Source: Octopus bimaculoides (lineage: Eukaryota). From it: a stretch of DNA of 64,000 nt. Of this stretch, positions 36,585-50,887 are shown piece after piece. The stretch lies in NCBI RefSeq assembly GCF_001194135.2, contig NC_068999.1, forward strand, positions 32,891,910 to 32,955,909. Reading direction: 5' to 3'. The number at the start of each line of letters is the position of its first letter. The first letter of the stretch is position 1. The notes beneath the pieces were generated by a model. It searched no databases and was not told the DNA's origin. It saw only the letters and a list, made by a program, of their open reading frames with translations. The position numbers and the translations under genes are program-made.

Positions 36585-38057
36585 GCAGTTCTTGTTGGGA
36601 TGAATGCTACTGTTGTTTAGCCCCAGGAGACCTCATCTCCAATTGGCTATCCAACGCACAATCTGTGTCCTTATATTTTCAAATATGGGAGCTTAGCACC
36701 CCCCCACCCAGCACAAATCAGTATCTGTGAACTGCACAGTTTCAGGGTTATTTCTCTTCTTTGCACAGAATAACTGTTAGAATGTTATCATTTGTCGGTT
36801 ATTACAAGTCAGCTTTGATCCTGCAGACCAACAATCAATGATTACAATTGCACCTATCTTCTCTTTTATTTCAACAGACTTAGTGTACAAAGGATTAAAT
36901 TAACTCTATCTAATGTAGCCTTCTAGTTATTTATAATTAGTCTTGATTTAAGGGTGATTTGGTTGCTATGTCTTGTATATGGAACAACCACCTAGAGATT
37001 CCATTGTTGTCTTACTTACGAGCAGTGATGGTGGGGATGGGGTTAAAATATGGCAACTTTAATTTTGGTGCAGAGAAAACATCAAAGGTTTGTGGTTTTT
37101 AATCTACATGGAATGAAGGTATATTTTATCACTGGATATCTATTAGGAATTCTTAGTAATGTACACTGCAATAATGGCTTATGACTTCAGCTAAGAATCT
37201 GCAAAATTACTAGTCTTGTTGTTGTTGTTATCATCATCATCCTTGTCTAGATTTAGAAAAGGTGAAAGAAATATATACTTGTGACTTAACATCTTGCTAA
37301 AAATAAACGACTTTGGTAATTACTTTGTGAGACTTATGGATCTGAAGAAGTAATATTTTGTGTGTGTATGCATACATCAGTTATACAGTATATGTATGGC
37401 AGACTGTACATATTTGCACATATGAGTGTATGCATGTGTGTTGCTGGATGTATGTATACATGTGTAAGTCAGTGTGTACTTGCATATACATATTTACAAA
37501 GAGCACTGGAGTATTTTTTTAAAGTTTGTCCATGTATTAATATATATGCGTATGCAGTCATAGTGTGTGTGTGTGTGTGTGTACATGTGTTTATGTTCTT
37601 CAGTGAATGTTTATTTGTGTGTGTGTGTGTTGTCAGGTTTTTTTAACAAAACCAGCAGGCAATACAGCAACAAACATCCAAAGATTTCAAGAATAAATGC
37701 CAAAAATATTGATGAATTAAACAAGTATTTATCTTAACACATTTTCCTCTTTGTTTTAATTATTTCAACAATAGTTTGCTTTCAATTTTCTTGCAGTTTC
37801 TCCTCATATTTATTATGAATATTATTACTGTTGCTGTTGTCTGTCATCATCATTGTTATTATTATTATTACTATTATTATTATTCCACAACAAATAATTT
37901 TGCATTTCATGTCTGTCAGTTACATTTCTAACTAAATCTTCCATTATTTAATTTAGGACTTAAGGCACCCTCCCTTCCTTTTGTCTGCCTGTCTGCTTTC
38001 TTCATCAGTGTGTGTATGTTTGTGCATGTATGTATATATATTTATGTTTGTGTATGT

Positions 38058-38800
38058 ATGAGGCCATGCGTAGGCTTGAAAGAAATGAAGCTAGTATGCT
38101 TCGTTGGATGTGCAATATCAATGTGCATGCATGACAGAGTGTAAGCGTCTTGAGAGAAAAGTTAAGCATAAGAGACATAAGATGTAGTGTGCAAGAGAGA
38201 CAACTGCATTAGTATGGTCATGTGATGCATATAGATGTGGACATCTGTGTGAATAAGTGGAAGGAATCTGTGGAATAGGGTGACCCAGGAAGGTATGGGA
38301 TGAAGTGGTGAAGCATGATCTTCAAACACTGGGTCTCATGGAGGCAATGACTAGCAATATGCTGTGCTTGCGAAGACCTGTCAAGTGAGATCATAGTTGT
38401 GGCTGTTGTTGGTGTCACATAATAGGCACCCATGCCAGTGGCATGTAAAAAGCACCTTTCAAGTGTTGGGCCTCATAGAGGCAATGTAGCCAATGCTGGT
38501 ATTGCGGCACTAGGGCCTCTCAGAGATAATAACAAGTGACCAAGACCTTTGGCAATATGCTGTGCTTGAGAAGGAAGATCCATCGTAGTCGTGGCAAATA
38601 CCAGTGTCACGCAACTGGCACCCATGCTAATGGCAGATAAAAGCACCCATCTCGGAGTGGTTGGCATTAGAAAAGGCATCCAGCCATAGAGACCATGTCA
38701 AATACGACTGGAATCTGGTGCAGCCCCTCAGTTTACCAGCCCTGGTCAAACCATCCAACACATGCCAGCATGGATAACAGGCAGTAAATGATGATGATGT
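38058..38800 (+). mobile_element. Decayed RTE LINE 3' end with duplicated tail
   Basis: aggcttgaaagaaatgaagctagtatgcttcgttggatgtgc is homologous to the 34196-34522 ORF. Confidence 0.8.
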
Positions 38801-39519
38801 ATATATGTGTGCATGCATCTAGATGTATGTTTGTATATGTATGTATATATGTGTATTTGTTGATATATTTTACAGCCAGATGATAATAAGGTAGCACAAG
38901 AAGGCATTAGGCAGAGCATCCAGCTGTAAAAATTGTGCTAAACCAGACAATTCAGCCTGGTGCAGCTCTCTGGTTTGCCAGTTCCTGTCAAACCATCCAA
39001 CCCATACCAGCTTGGAAAACACATTAAATGTCAATGATGAGAAACATTTTGATGAATGAGAAGCTATGGTTGGTAATAGTTGACTCCAGAATATGACAGG
39101 TACTCAGGTTATCAACTCTTAAAGAATAAAAAACAAAGTCAACCCTGGCAAGATTTGAACTCGTAACGAGTCATAGCTGACTACTGCAAAGTGCTGATTC
39201 TGCCTAATATCAGTGGCAGGATACCATACTAAAATGTTTTGTAGAGTTACAAAATTATGTGTGTTCCAATCAAATCTTGTTAGGGCTGACTCCTCCTCCT
39301 ATCCCACCAGAGTCTGATAAATAACTGTTTGCTCTCTCCTCTTCCATAACTCTGTACCTTCTGCTAATGTGGGAAGTAATTATCTAAAGTGTTGTTCAAC
39401 GTCTTGTCAACCATTTGAGGAGAACTAGGATTAAGCATGTCCAAGCCATTTGTCTGTTATTTAGCCACCATCTATCTAATGTAATCTTGTACATTTTAAG
39501 ATGGTAGAGTGTAATTTAA

Positions 39520-39714
39520 CCTTTTAGCATTTAAACCGACCATATCCAGCCCAAATGTTCTATTTGTTTTATGTTCAAGTCAGCCAAATCACACCAACCC
39601 TGCAATGTCATTCTAAAAATAAACAATTACATCATCAAAATTTCAAAGTTCATACCTGATTAATTCAATGTGAATAAATACTACATTTGACAGAATAATC
39701 AGAAAGCTAAAGGG
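39520..39714. mobile_element. piggyBac-like TTAA MITE copy, opposite orientation to 18422
   Basis: TTAA at 39516-39519; ends gctaaaggg. Confidence 0.8.
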
Positions 39715-40879
39715 TTACTGCAGAAAGCAGATATATCCACTCAAAATTTCATTAGTCTTAACTGCTGAAAGTAGTTCTACGTAGTAACCTCTCTTTCAAT
39801 GTGGAATGTCATCTTTGAAACTATTTTCTATTGAGATATGTCAAGTTTATTAGGCAACATGACTTGCAGAAAATACCAATATTTTTTGTAGATACTAGAA
39901 TAGGCATGACATTTAATTTTGCAGTTAAAGGATTAAAGAGAATATAGCTGCTATTTCTGGCAAACCAAAAGGCTTCATTCTCCGTGGTGGAGAGGTTGCA
40001 ATAAGGGAGAGAACCAGCATGTATGTTTCTATTGTAACTGAAGTTTAATATCTCCCATGTTCTGCATTCCAGAGTTCAAATTATGTGAAGGTTTACTGTC
40101 ACCCCTTGTGGTTCAATAAAAATAAAATGTTTGAAAAAAAGACTAAAAATAGTAAGATGGATTTGAACTGAAATTGTAGATTTTTACCAAGAGCTTTACT
40201 CCCTGTTGTAAAACTTTGTTATTTCTAAATCTACATCAATAATTCTGCCTTTCCCCACCCCCATGTACACCCACTTCAGATGGTTTTTGAAATTCTATTC
40301 CAGTTTCTTCATTTCCTATATTCTTCTCATTGATTTATTGAGTTAACTTAATGTCATCATCTTTGCACACATACACACAATGCGCATTTATGAATAGAAT
40401 AATACTTGCACATACATATACACACACCTATATATACACTTAGGGACACGGACACACATAACATTTAGTTGTTTATGAAAGAGGATCATCAAAAATCATT
40501 TGTTATTTCTAAGTTGAAGCTATAAAGTCACCAAGTCTTATAAATTTCTCATCAAGCTGAAGGTCAGCTATGCTTGACAATAAACAATAAAGAGATTTTT
40601 ACTTCACTCCGTTTTTCTTTGTATCCAATATAATATTTTAAGTAAAAATTGTAGAAATTAGTGTCTTGAGAGGAAATATATTGTTTATATTTCAAAACGA
40701 GCAAGGGAAATATCACATTTGGTATTATTTAATGTGTGTATGTGTGTTCTTCTTCTTCAAGCAACCACAATAGAGATGCATTTCACCATACTGTGCCTGG
40801 AATTTCAGTCTCCCATTAATTTTGATGGTTCCTCAGTTTCATCTTGTATCTCTGCTACTAAATCTTCCTCCTCTATTAA

Positions 40880-41045
40880 CCCCTTCAGCATTTAATCTGA
40901 TCATATCCAACCCAAATACTCTACCTATTTTATGTTCAAACTAGCCAGATCTGGTTTCTCAGAGCCATGAGATAGGCATGATTAATTAAAAACAGTGTGA
41001 ATAAATAAGCATCACATTTGACATAGTAATCTGAATGCTAAAGGG
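40880..41045. mobile_element. piggyBac-like TTAA MITE copy
   Basis: ttaa|ccccttcagcatt ... gaatgctaaaggg. Confidence 0.75.
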
Positions 41046-41074
41046 TAAGGGTGCAAAATTCTCCAGATTATAAC

Positions 41075-41420
41075 ATCTGATATGTTTGGTGTTCAGCATG
41101 ATAGCAGTGACCACAAAGTCTACCCTGTGAGGAGCAACAATAGTGTAGATGAGTGGAATGTGGCCATAAATCTCATCTTTAATCTTCTGCTCACATGTAG
41201 ACCTGTTTTGCGCTTTCGTGAAAAAGTTGTTTGTGCTATCAAAACTATTCTGAAGCCCCTCTTCATTGTCCAGCTTTGAACTCCATAGAGAAGAATGCCT
41301 TCTACTCTTGCTCTAAAGAAGGCTCACTTTGTTGACTTGGTTGTACTCGATTGCCAGATGTGTTCAAGCCTGTTACAGTGTATTCCAGTGTTTAGCATAG
41401 GTACATTATGTACTTCTATG
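41075..41420 (-). mobile_element. Decayed RTE-clade reverse transcriptase C-terminal fragment
   Basis: Minus-strand translation: CNRLEHIWQS, FFRARVEGILLYGVQSWTM, EIYGHIPLI..HRVDF/GHCYHAE. Confidence 0.8.
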
Positions 41421-43264
41421 TCATAAGAGAAGGCAACAACAAAAAAATCGGCTACAAAAAGGGCAACCAGTCATAAAAACACTGCCCAGAATCTCCTGAC
41501 CAACCTATAACCAGCATGGAAAAGCAAACATAAGATCAATGAAACTAATGATGATATATGGAAAATTCCAATCTGCTAATTGTACTAGTCCAGAATAATG
41601 AAAACAGACTCTGAATGCAGTATTTGATGTGTGTGTGTGTTACTGTTCAAATATTCTTCAGCATAAGTAGGAAGACAGTGACTCTTACTAGGGACCAATT
41701 TGGACCATGACAACCCATTCAACTGATGCTAGCATGAAAATCAAATGTATACATATGCACACACACATACACACACACACACACACACATATATACACAC
41801 ATACATACACACACACATACATACATACATACATACATACATACATGTGTGTGTGTGTGTATACACACAGACATGCTTGCACTTACCTTTAAAGACTTAG
41901 TGGTGTTCAATATTCACCATTGAAGATGAGGGAAGCATCCTTTAATTGTGTCAGGGATAATAAACTGTAGGGTGGTAAATATAGCATTGTGTTTATGTAC
42001 ACACACACACACACATGCAAACATAGACACATACACACAAACACAGAGGTGTATATGTATAAACAAGGCTTTAGACATAATGACTAAAAGAAACTAAAAA
42101 AAAACGGTCACAAATGTCCAAATATAAGACATTTTTACATACATCTGACATTTTGTGCATCACCAGCACCACTACTGCTTTACTCGCATTGCATCAGCAG
42201 CAGCAGCACCATCAACGTATAGTAACTTCCACTTCTCCAAGACCTAGTTGTTTCTATGGCTTTAGGCTAGTCTTCACACGAGTCTTTGTTCTTTGCTTCC
42301 AGTTGTCACGGTTCATGGTTCATTTAGCAATTTAAGGATTAGCATTAAGTTGTAAAACATCTTTTATAAGATGCTTACTCATGCTACTGGTACTGATGGG
42401 TGTGGCGATAGGGTTTGTTAGTTGTTGTAGTTGTGGCTGTAGTATATAGTATTGATGGTTGCAGTGTCAGGCTTTGTTTATGGTGGTGGTCTTGGTAGGA
42501 TGTGGCAGAGGCAGTGTGGTAGTGGTTGGGTGTGGTAAGGGTAGTAGTGGCGGCAGCGTTGATAGTTGAAGTGTGAGGATATGTTGCAGTGGTGGTAATA
42601 ATAGTGTATAGTAGTTGTAGATCATAGTTCTGTTGTTTAACCATCCCAAGTTTGCCCTGGGTGAGCTGACCTTTGATCAAAAACATTCCAGTGCTCCATC
42701 ATTCAATCTTTTCAGAACTGCATTATCTGATGCATTTTTCCTTTTGTTTTTTTTTTGTTTTTGTTTTTTTCAAGTTGGTATGGTTGGATATGGAGAAAGA
42801 TTTGGTTGCTATTTCTAGCAACCTTCCTTCTTAGTGGAGTGGATAGGTGAACAGACAGACAGATATACATATTTTTACTCTCACACATGATTACACGATA
42901 TGTATTTGTGTACACAGGGACATACACATACAGATATTTATGCATAGGCTCTCTTAACACATGCATACAGACATACACACTTTCAGACCTTTACTCCAAT
43001 TTCCTCATGCACACATTCGTGTGCATGTGTCTGTGTATATGTGTATACATGGCCGCTTGCACAAAGATTTGTATCTCTGCTTTTACATTTGTAGGTTTCT
43101 TCTTAATGAAATAATAATAATAACAGCTATAATTATGATAATGCTAATTTCTCAGATTCTAGGCCAATTTCTCAGCATGCGAAGGGAGCCAGGAGTAGAG
43201 ATAATATAGATTATTAAATCAATCACAGTTCACAACCATTGGAAGGAGTGTGGGAGAAGAGACT

Positions 43265-43316
<52 letters not shown>

Positions 43317-43782
43317 TGGCTGGCTGGCTGAACCAATCTCGATTCACAAGTGATTTGTGATTTTATTGGCCTTCAATGAATAAGGATAAACCAGTGGTTG
43401 ACTTTGGTAGGATTTAAAGTGAGAAATATGAAATATCAAATTTGATACTGGAAGATATAAACTTATATCAACTTACCCTTTGTTGATGTTGCTGTTCCTT
43501 TAATGTGTATAAATTTGTAGTGAACTTAATCCAGTCTTAGGTATTTATATCATGTGTGTGTTTACAAATTCTTCTAGGTGAATAAAAGTAATGGTAGAGT
43601 AAGGTAGGCATGTGCTAGCTGAAAAATAGATAGATCAGGTGTTTGAGGTAATCAGGTTGTGTAATGGGATAATTAAGCTGGATCTAGTTATAGGCGCCTC
43701 AGCAGCTACATTTTTGTCTGCATACATGCCACAATCTAGAATTACAGTTGAACAGAAGTGACCTTTCTGCAAACTCCCTTAG

Positions 43783-44000
43783 CCCTTTGGCATTTAAACT
43801 GGCCCTATCAGGCCCAAAAATTCTCCATGTTTTATGTTCAGACAAGGTAGATCTGGTCTCTCACACCTATCCTATAATGTCATTCTAAAATCAAACAATC
43901 ACATCATCAAAATCTGAAAGCTACAAAATAATACATAATTAATTTAGAATAATGTAAATAAATAAGCTTAACATTTGATTATGATTTGAATACTAAAGAG
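43783..44000. mobile_element. piggyBac-like TTAA MITE copy
   Basis: ccctttggcattt ... aatactaaagag|ttaa. Confidence 0.75.
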
Positions 44001-44039
44001 TTAATGATGATGGACAGCCTCTTCATTATTGTATCTGAT

Positions 44040-44330
44040 GAAATGAATGGATGTGTGATAGCTATGGAGCCTATGACTATTTTGCAAGAAAGGAGGGTGT
44101 AAGGCTCCTTGAGTCCTGTGATTCAACTAATCCTAACAATTTGCAACACACATAAAGAAACCAGCCAACCATCTCATCACCTACAAATCTGGCTACTCAC
44201 ATGTCAAATAGATTTCATTCACACCAGAAAACAGAATAGACAGGCCATTGTAAATACCAAAACATTTCCTAGTGAAAAAATGCAATACCATCATAGATTT
44301 ATGGCTAGACAGACTCAGAACTAGATGATA
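44040..44330 (+). mobile_element. RTE endonuclease C-terminal fragment
   Basis: QIDFIHTRKQNR..VNTKTFPSE...HHRF matches the RTE APE motif SQIDYIL.RK...PGE...QHRL. Confidence 0.75.
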
Positions 44331-44770
44331 TGTTGATGGCCAAAATCAAATACAATAAAAGTAGATAAATCTATCAAATTGTGGAGTCCAGATTTTGGTC
44401 CATGATGGAAATATGCATTACAATTCTTCTCTTTTCCAATACAGTATTTCAGGATTGAACCTCTTGCGAAGTATCATATGTCTAGCAGTGTTTATTGATA
44501 TCACAAACAATCTTTTCTGTGTTGATTTTCCATTTTAGGTTTATATTTGTTTTGCATTTATATGTGTGATTCATTTATAAGATTAGGTATATCCTATTCA
44601 TCTTACACTCAGCACAATGCTTTAGTATTAATTTGTCTTTATTTTATCAGAGTTCAGTAATTAAGCATTATATTATATTGCAACTGCTTGGTATTCATGG
44701 CTTTTATATAAATTAAGATAAACCACAGAAGGCCACAGTTGATGACCATAAAGGCTGCATGAAACCTTAA

Positions 44771-44985
44771 CCCTTGGGCATTCAGATTATTGTCAGATGT
44801 AATACTTATTTATTCACATTCTTTTGTATTAATCATGCATTATTTCATACCTTTGAGATTTCAAAATGATTGCTTGTTTTTAGAATGACATTGTAGGGTA
44901 GGTGTGAGAAGCCTGGCCTGTCCAGTTTAAACATGAAATAGGTAGAACATTTTGGCCAGATATGGCTGATTTAAAGGTTAATGGG
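44771..44985. mobile_element. piggyBac-like TTAA MITE copy
   Basis: TTAA at 44767-44770 and 44986-44989. Confidence 0.8.
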
Positions 44986-47900
44986 TTAAGGTCACATGTT
45001 CCCCAATATATTTTTGGAAATGAAAGTTTCATCCTTGAAATTCCTTTTGTCTGATATTTGATTGGTAAAACCAAACACAAAATCAACTATAATCAGCCTA
45101 CAAGTTAAAGCAATGACACTTTACATATGAAGGCAATTTATAGATATCTTGTAGCCAACAAATTGACTTGTGCTGTCTGTTGTAGCACTTTACACTCCCC
45201 AGTTCAAATCCCACCAAGGTCTGTTTTACCTTTTATCTTTTTAGAGTTGATAAAATACCAGCCTAGAGTGGTAGGTAGGCATTGGACAAGATGCCTGAAA
45301 TGTTGGGCACTTAAATTCTTATTAGGAGTTCATGTTCCAGTAACATTGACAGTCTATGAAAAAGCATTTTCTGAAATACCTACTTCTAACAATAAACTTT
45401 AAAATATATTTTCCCGAGGATTTTCTTATCTGCAAATCTCTGAAGAAATTGTTCAAAAATCAAAGATTCAATTTAAAAACTGAATTAGTCTAAATTAACA
45501 AAAATATAAAAAAGCTTATAATTTTCAGAGTACAATCCTTACAATTTGTTATCATTTAGAAAAAGTACAGCTTGAAAGAATTCTGATAAAAATATCCAAA
45601 CAAATTTTAATATGTTATGTTTTGTTGTATCAATTGAAATAGTTGACATCAAATACAGTAGGAACTGGAGTTTTTTGTTGATCTAGCACATGGTCTTCTT
45701 TTGAATATTGTTTAGGATATTGCAGATTGAATTTCCGAATTATGTACCCTTTTGTTTTTTCTTAACAGTTCCTGGTTTACTCAGCTTTTAAAATCTCTGT
45801 TTTATAAAGGCATAAAAGCAAAGATATATGATATATAGAAAAAGGAAATGTAGTTAGGTTACAGCATTTCCTTTCTCAAGTTAAAGTCAATTAACTTCAG
45901 TTGAGAATTGAAACCAGCTTGCATATCTTGATTTACTAGCAGCTTAGCTCTGGCTCAACAGTATTCCTCATTCTTTTTCTGTAATATTATCTCAGAAAAT
46001 TATTTTTCAAAATTCATCTGTTCATATTCCATCATCTTATTAATGGCAACACTCATCCATAACTTGCATTATTTCCATGTTATAAAAAACATTGTTTTTC
46101 AATTTTAATAGTATAGAAAGGTCTTCCTGTATAGTAGTAACTTAATAAAAGACAATTTCTTCTCAGAAGATTTTTGCAAAATACATAATATACATTGAAA
46201 TGGATTTATAAATGTTAAGATTAAGAAGTCTGTCTGTGTAAAACTCTTTATGAAGCATATGTCAAGTGGATAGCATCAATAAATCAGACCGTACTCAACC
46301 TGAAGTATAAGTATCCTTCTGTGTTCAAAGCGAGAAGGTTGGCATTGTAAAGAGCATCCAACTGGAAAGATTGTTTCATGCAAAAGTTTCTACAGCAGTC
46401 AATACCAGAAGACAAATTCCAGTGATAAAAACACAGTGCTATATGGTTAGAGCAATAAGATAAAACCTGGTCTGCCTTAACATGTTAATCCGGTTTTTGT
46501 GAATGGTCTAATATTATATTGCAAAAAATTTTAAACAATCTCTTAATATAATTTCTTTCTTTCAGTGGAAAGAATTTCCATATAATTATATGTCTCCATG
46601 TACAAGAAATCCCTGATTCTTCTTCGGTCTTCTTTTCCTGATATGTTCCTCTTTCTCTCAATAATTTGCCTGCGTATGAGAATTAGTTTGATGGATGGGG
46701 ACAGGTTTGTGTGTGTGTGTGTTTGTGTCCAACATCATTGCAGAACTAGCTTCCAGAATCTTAATTTGTATATATTTGTGTGTGTAATTCTATTTATATG
46801 TATGCACAGGTATGTATTTATGCAAGCATCTCTCTATTCATCTGTCTATCTATTTATTTATCTACACACATACACATGTATGTATATCTAAGAGAGAGTT
46901 AACCAACAAGTGAGACGTGGTCCTCTTACCCATCTAGCAGGGTATTAACTCACCAAAGAAGTGACTCAGATCATGACAACCTGTTCCATCTAAGCTAGCA
47001 TGAAGTGCAGATGTAAAATGGTGTTGGTAGTGGTGATGGTGATGATGAGAAATTGGTAAATTCAAGATTAGTGGCGGGGAAGAGAATAAATTCACTACGA
47101 AAGAGTGGTGGCAGCAGCAGGGGCAGTGGTGTGTTAAACCTGTAGATGTAATGTGTTTTCTGCCTTCACTGACTATTGTTATCCCAAAGCTTGTGAATGT
47201 ATGTATTAATATTTTGGTACATGTGTAGATAGAACACAAAAACACAGATACACACACACTACATTCATACATACATACATACATACATACACACAGACAC
47301 ACATGCACATGCATACACACACATACACAGACACACATGTATTGTGTATGCGTAGTTTATTCACAGATGTAACAATTCATACACATAGGGAACTTTGGCA
47401 ACAATTTATGTAGGTTGGAAATTTTTTTTAAAAAGCTGTGTGACAGGCAATTAATAGGAAAATGAAAGGAAAAGTAGAAGGTCTGATATGGAAGAGAATG
47501 GTGTTTACTACATGCAAGTTACACAGGCAAAAGTTTGTATTTTTGGACAGTTGCCATCTTTTCCAATGTTTTCATTACATTCTGGCAATACAAATGCAAA
47601 TTTACCATCTTTATGCCACAAATTCTCTAACTCCACTTAAAGGAAGTTCCTGGTGAGGAATTAACAGACATGGCAGGAGTGAATTAAAAGATTCAGTCCC
47701 TTGTGATACAATAATGATTTCTAACATAAAATCAATTCCATAAACATTGCTGGAGGAACAGAATTTATCAACCAAACACCAGTGTTTCACTGGTACTTAT
47801 TTTATTTATAGCCTGGAATGATAACAGGCAAAGTCAAACATGGCAGTAGTTGAATTCTGGATATTGAGGGGAAATAACTAAATAGTGATTTCCAACTTTA

Positions 47901-48459
47901 ACACTAGGCTAGCAATTTCAGGGGAGGGGGCAGGTAAGTTGATTAAATTGACTCCAGTACTCAACTGGTATTTATTTTATTGACCCCAAAAGCAATTTGA
48001 ACTCAAAGCCTAGAGATGGACAAAATTCCATTAAGCAAATTTGTCCAACCCATGCAAGCATGGAAAAGCAGATGTTAAATGATGATTATGATAGTATATC
48101 TCAATACTCATGTAATTATTCTCCATCAGCCTGGCATGCTAATGATTCTGCCAGTTTGCAGCTTTCTGAATCTCATGCACTGCAAAATAATTACCTTGAA
48201 ATTTTTTATCATTGTGGCCCACCTAATGATGAACCATGTCTCATGTAGCCCACTCTTCCAAGAAGATTGCCTATGCCTGATCTAGTGCTTTACCAATTCT
48301 GACACATATATTGGTGCAGGCTGGTTGTGTGGTTGACAAAATGGCTTCCCAACCACATAGTTCTAGGTTATCGGTTCGGTTCCACTCCATGGCACCCTTG
48401 GGCATGTGTCCTCCGTCATGGCCCTAGGCCGACCAAAGCCTTATGAGTTGAAAGAAGCT

Positions 48460-48493
<34 letters not shown>

Positions 48494-49010
48494 TATATAT
48501 ATATTTTTTCCTTTAGGGGAATTGTATATCCACCAATGCAGTGTGGAGCACTCATTTCATCGTTTGACATTTACAAACACACACACACACAACGTTTGTG
48601 TATGTCTGTGTGACTTAGTGTCACCCTCATACAAGTGATGTCTTTTGTTTCTTGTATTCCATGAAAAAATGTCCAGCCATAGAGGAATGTTACTTTACTT
48701 AGTAAGGGAATATTACTTTACTTAGTAACAACTGAGAGTTGATGACAAGAAGGATATTAGACTATAGAAAAATTTGCTTTAACAAATCCCATCCAACCCA
48801 TGCAAGCATGGAAAAACGGATTATGTTAAATAATGATTGTGATGGTGTATGTCAGTATTCATGTAATTATTGTCCATCAGTCAACAACATAGTGTTATGG
48901 AAATGAGTGTGTGCCTAGAGAAAATATACTTGTTTAAATATTAATAAATAACCTTCAGCTACTATCATCAATGGATTAAGAAGGATAGATGAAAGAATTT
49001 TGAGTAATTG

Positions 49011-49400
49011 CAAGTGTGGCTGTGTGGTAAGAAGCTTCCTTGCCAACCACATGGTTTTAGGTTCAGTCCCACTGTGTAGCACTGTGGGCAAGTGTCTTTT
49101 ACTATAACCTCAGGCCAACCAAAGCCTTGTGGATGGATTTGGTAGACATAAACTGAAAGAAGTCCATCATGTTTGTGTGTATGTGTTTTCCCCCTACACC
49201 ACCACCACCACCAATTGATAACCAGTGTTGGTGTGTTTATGTCCTTGTAACTTAGTGGTTTGGCAAAAGAAACTGATGGTATAAGTACTAGGCTTAAAAA
49301 CCTAAAATAAGTACTGGAGCCAATTCATTTGACTAACGAATCTTCAAGGCAGTGCCCCAGCATGGCTGCAGTCTCATGACTGAAACAAGTAAAACATAAA
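49011..49400 (+). mobile_element. Family-B SINE, near full length
   Basis: Homologous to 7629-8012. Confidence 0.85.
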
Positions 49401-50071
49401 AATAATTGGTAAATATCAATGCAGCTAATTGGTTAAATTCACCTTTCAAGGTGTTGAAAGGCTGTCAGTTACAAACAGGGAGTTTGCGTGTTTGTTTATT
49501 CATAAGCTACACTGTACATAATAAATTTTCAGTTTTCTTAAAATTTTTGCAAGTTCTCTACACACTTGTCTTTAGTATAAAATTTATGCTAGTTTTTGAT
49601 CGTACGGATATATTGAATCAACTTGGACATAATTTAATCTTATACCATCAACGAATGGTCAAAATTTGCCTGGTAGAAGTAAACTGTGTATGAAACACTA
49701 ATCATAATTTAATCTTATATATATATTGTTGTATTTCAGGATGGTAATTTTTTTTTTTTTTTTTTTTTTTTGCCAAATAAACACATGCACTATATATATC
49801 TTTCTTCACTTATTTATTACTGTTCTTATTTTATATAAGAACAGTACAAGAAGGTTTGGAGGTAATGTACAGATATTATATATATACTGTTGTGTCTGGG
49901 GAGAGTCATTCTCTTTTGGTGCCTTATAATTTNNNNNNNNNNTTTAATACACTCACCAGAAAAATTTCCACTTATAAGGCACCAAAAGAGAATGACTCTC
50001 CCCAGATACAACAGAATATGCTTCAACACATGAAATCACATAAAGAATCTTTCAAGCCAAATCCAAAAATG

Positions 50072-50126
<55 letters not shown>

Positions 50127-50609
50127 ATCACTAATACATTCAAACACAAAACCATTTACACATGCACACTTTTCTCCTCGGAAAATTACTTTAATCTCAA
50201 CCAAAGCAAAGAGATTCCATGGCTGATGCTCTCAGTGTTATTTATATTCAAACCAAATCCTTAAATAATAGTGGAGCTAATTATAACAATAACTGTAATG
50301 ATGAAAATAATTGTCATAATTAGTAACGATTGGATTATTGTTGTTCTGTCATTTCCTATGTTTTTGAAAATTCTTTTCGAACTCCAGTAATCCCTGTATT
50401 CATTGGATTTGTGGGTTCCCATAGTGATATTCTTCCTCAGCATTATACTGTTCGAAGAAATGTTACTGTTCCACAATGATTCTTGTACTTGTTGTCTCCA
50501 ACAGAGTTTTAAGAGCCTACATGACACTGTGTGTCTCTTTACTTGCATTGCTCATTCTCTTTCTTCTTCTCCCTCCTTCTCTCTCTCATTTCCCCTCTCT
50601 CCCTCCCCA

Positions 50610-50646
<37 letters not shown>

Positions 50647-50856
50647 AAGAAATATTGATTATTTGGTTTTGTAGCCATGCAGGCATACATACTCATGAAT
50701 ACATACTATGTGTGTGTGTGTGTGTGTGTATATATGTGTGTGTGTGTGTATATATGNNNNNNNNNNNNNNNNNNNNNNNNNNNNNNNNNNNNNNNNNNNN
50801 NNNNNNNNNNNNNNNNNNNNNNNNNNNNNNNNNNNNNNNNNNNNNNNNNNNNNNNN

Positions 50857-50887
<31 letters not shown>

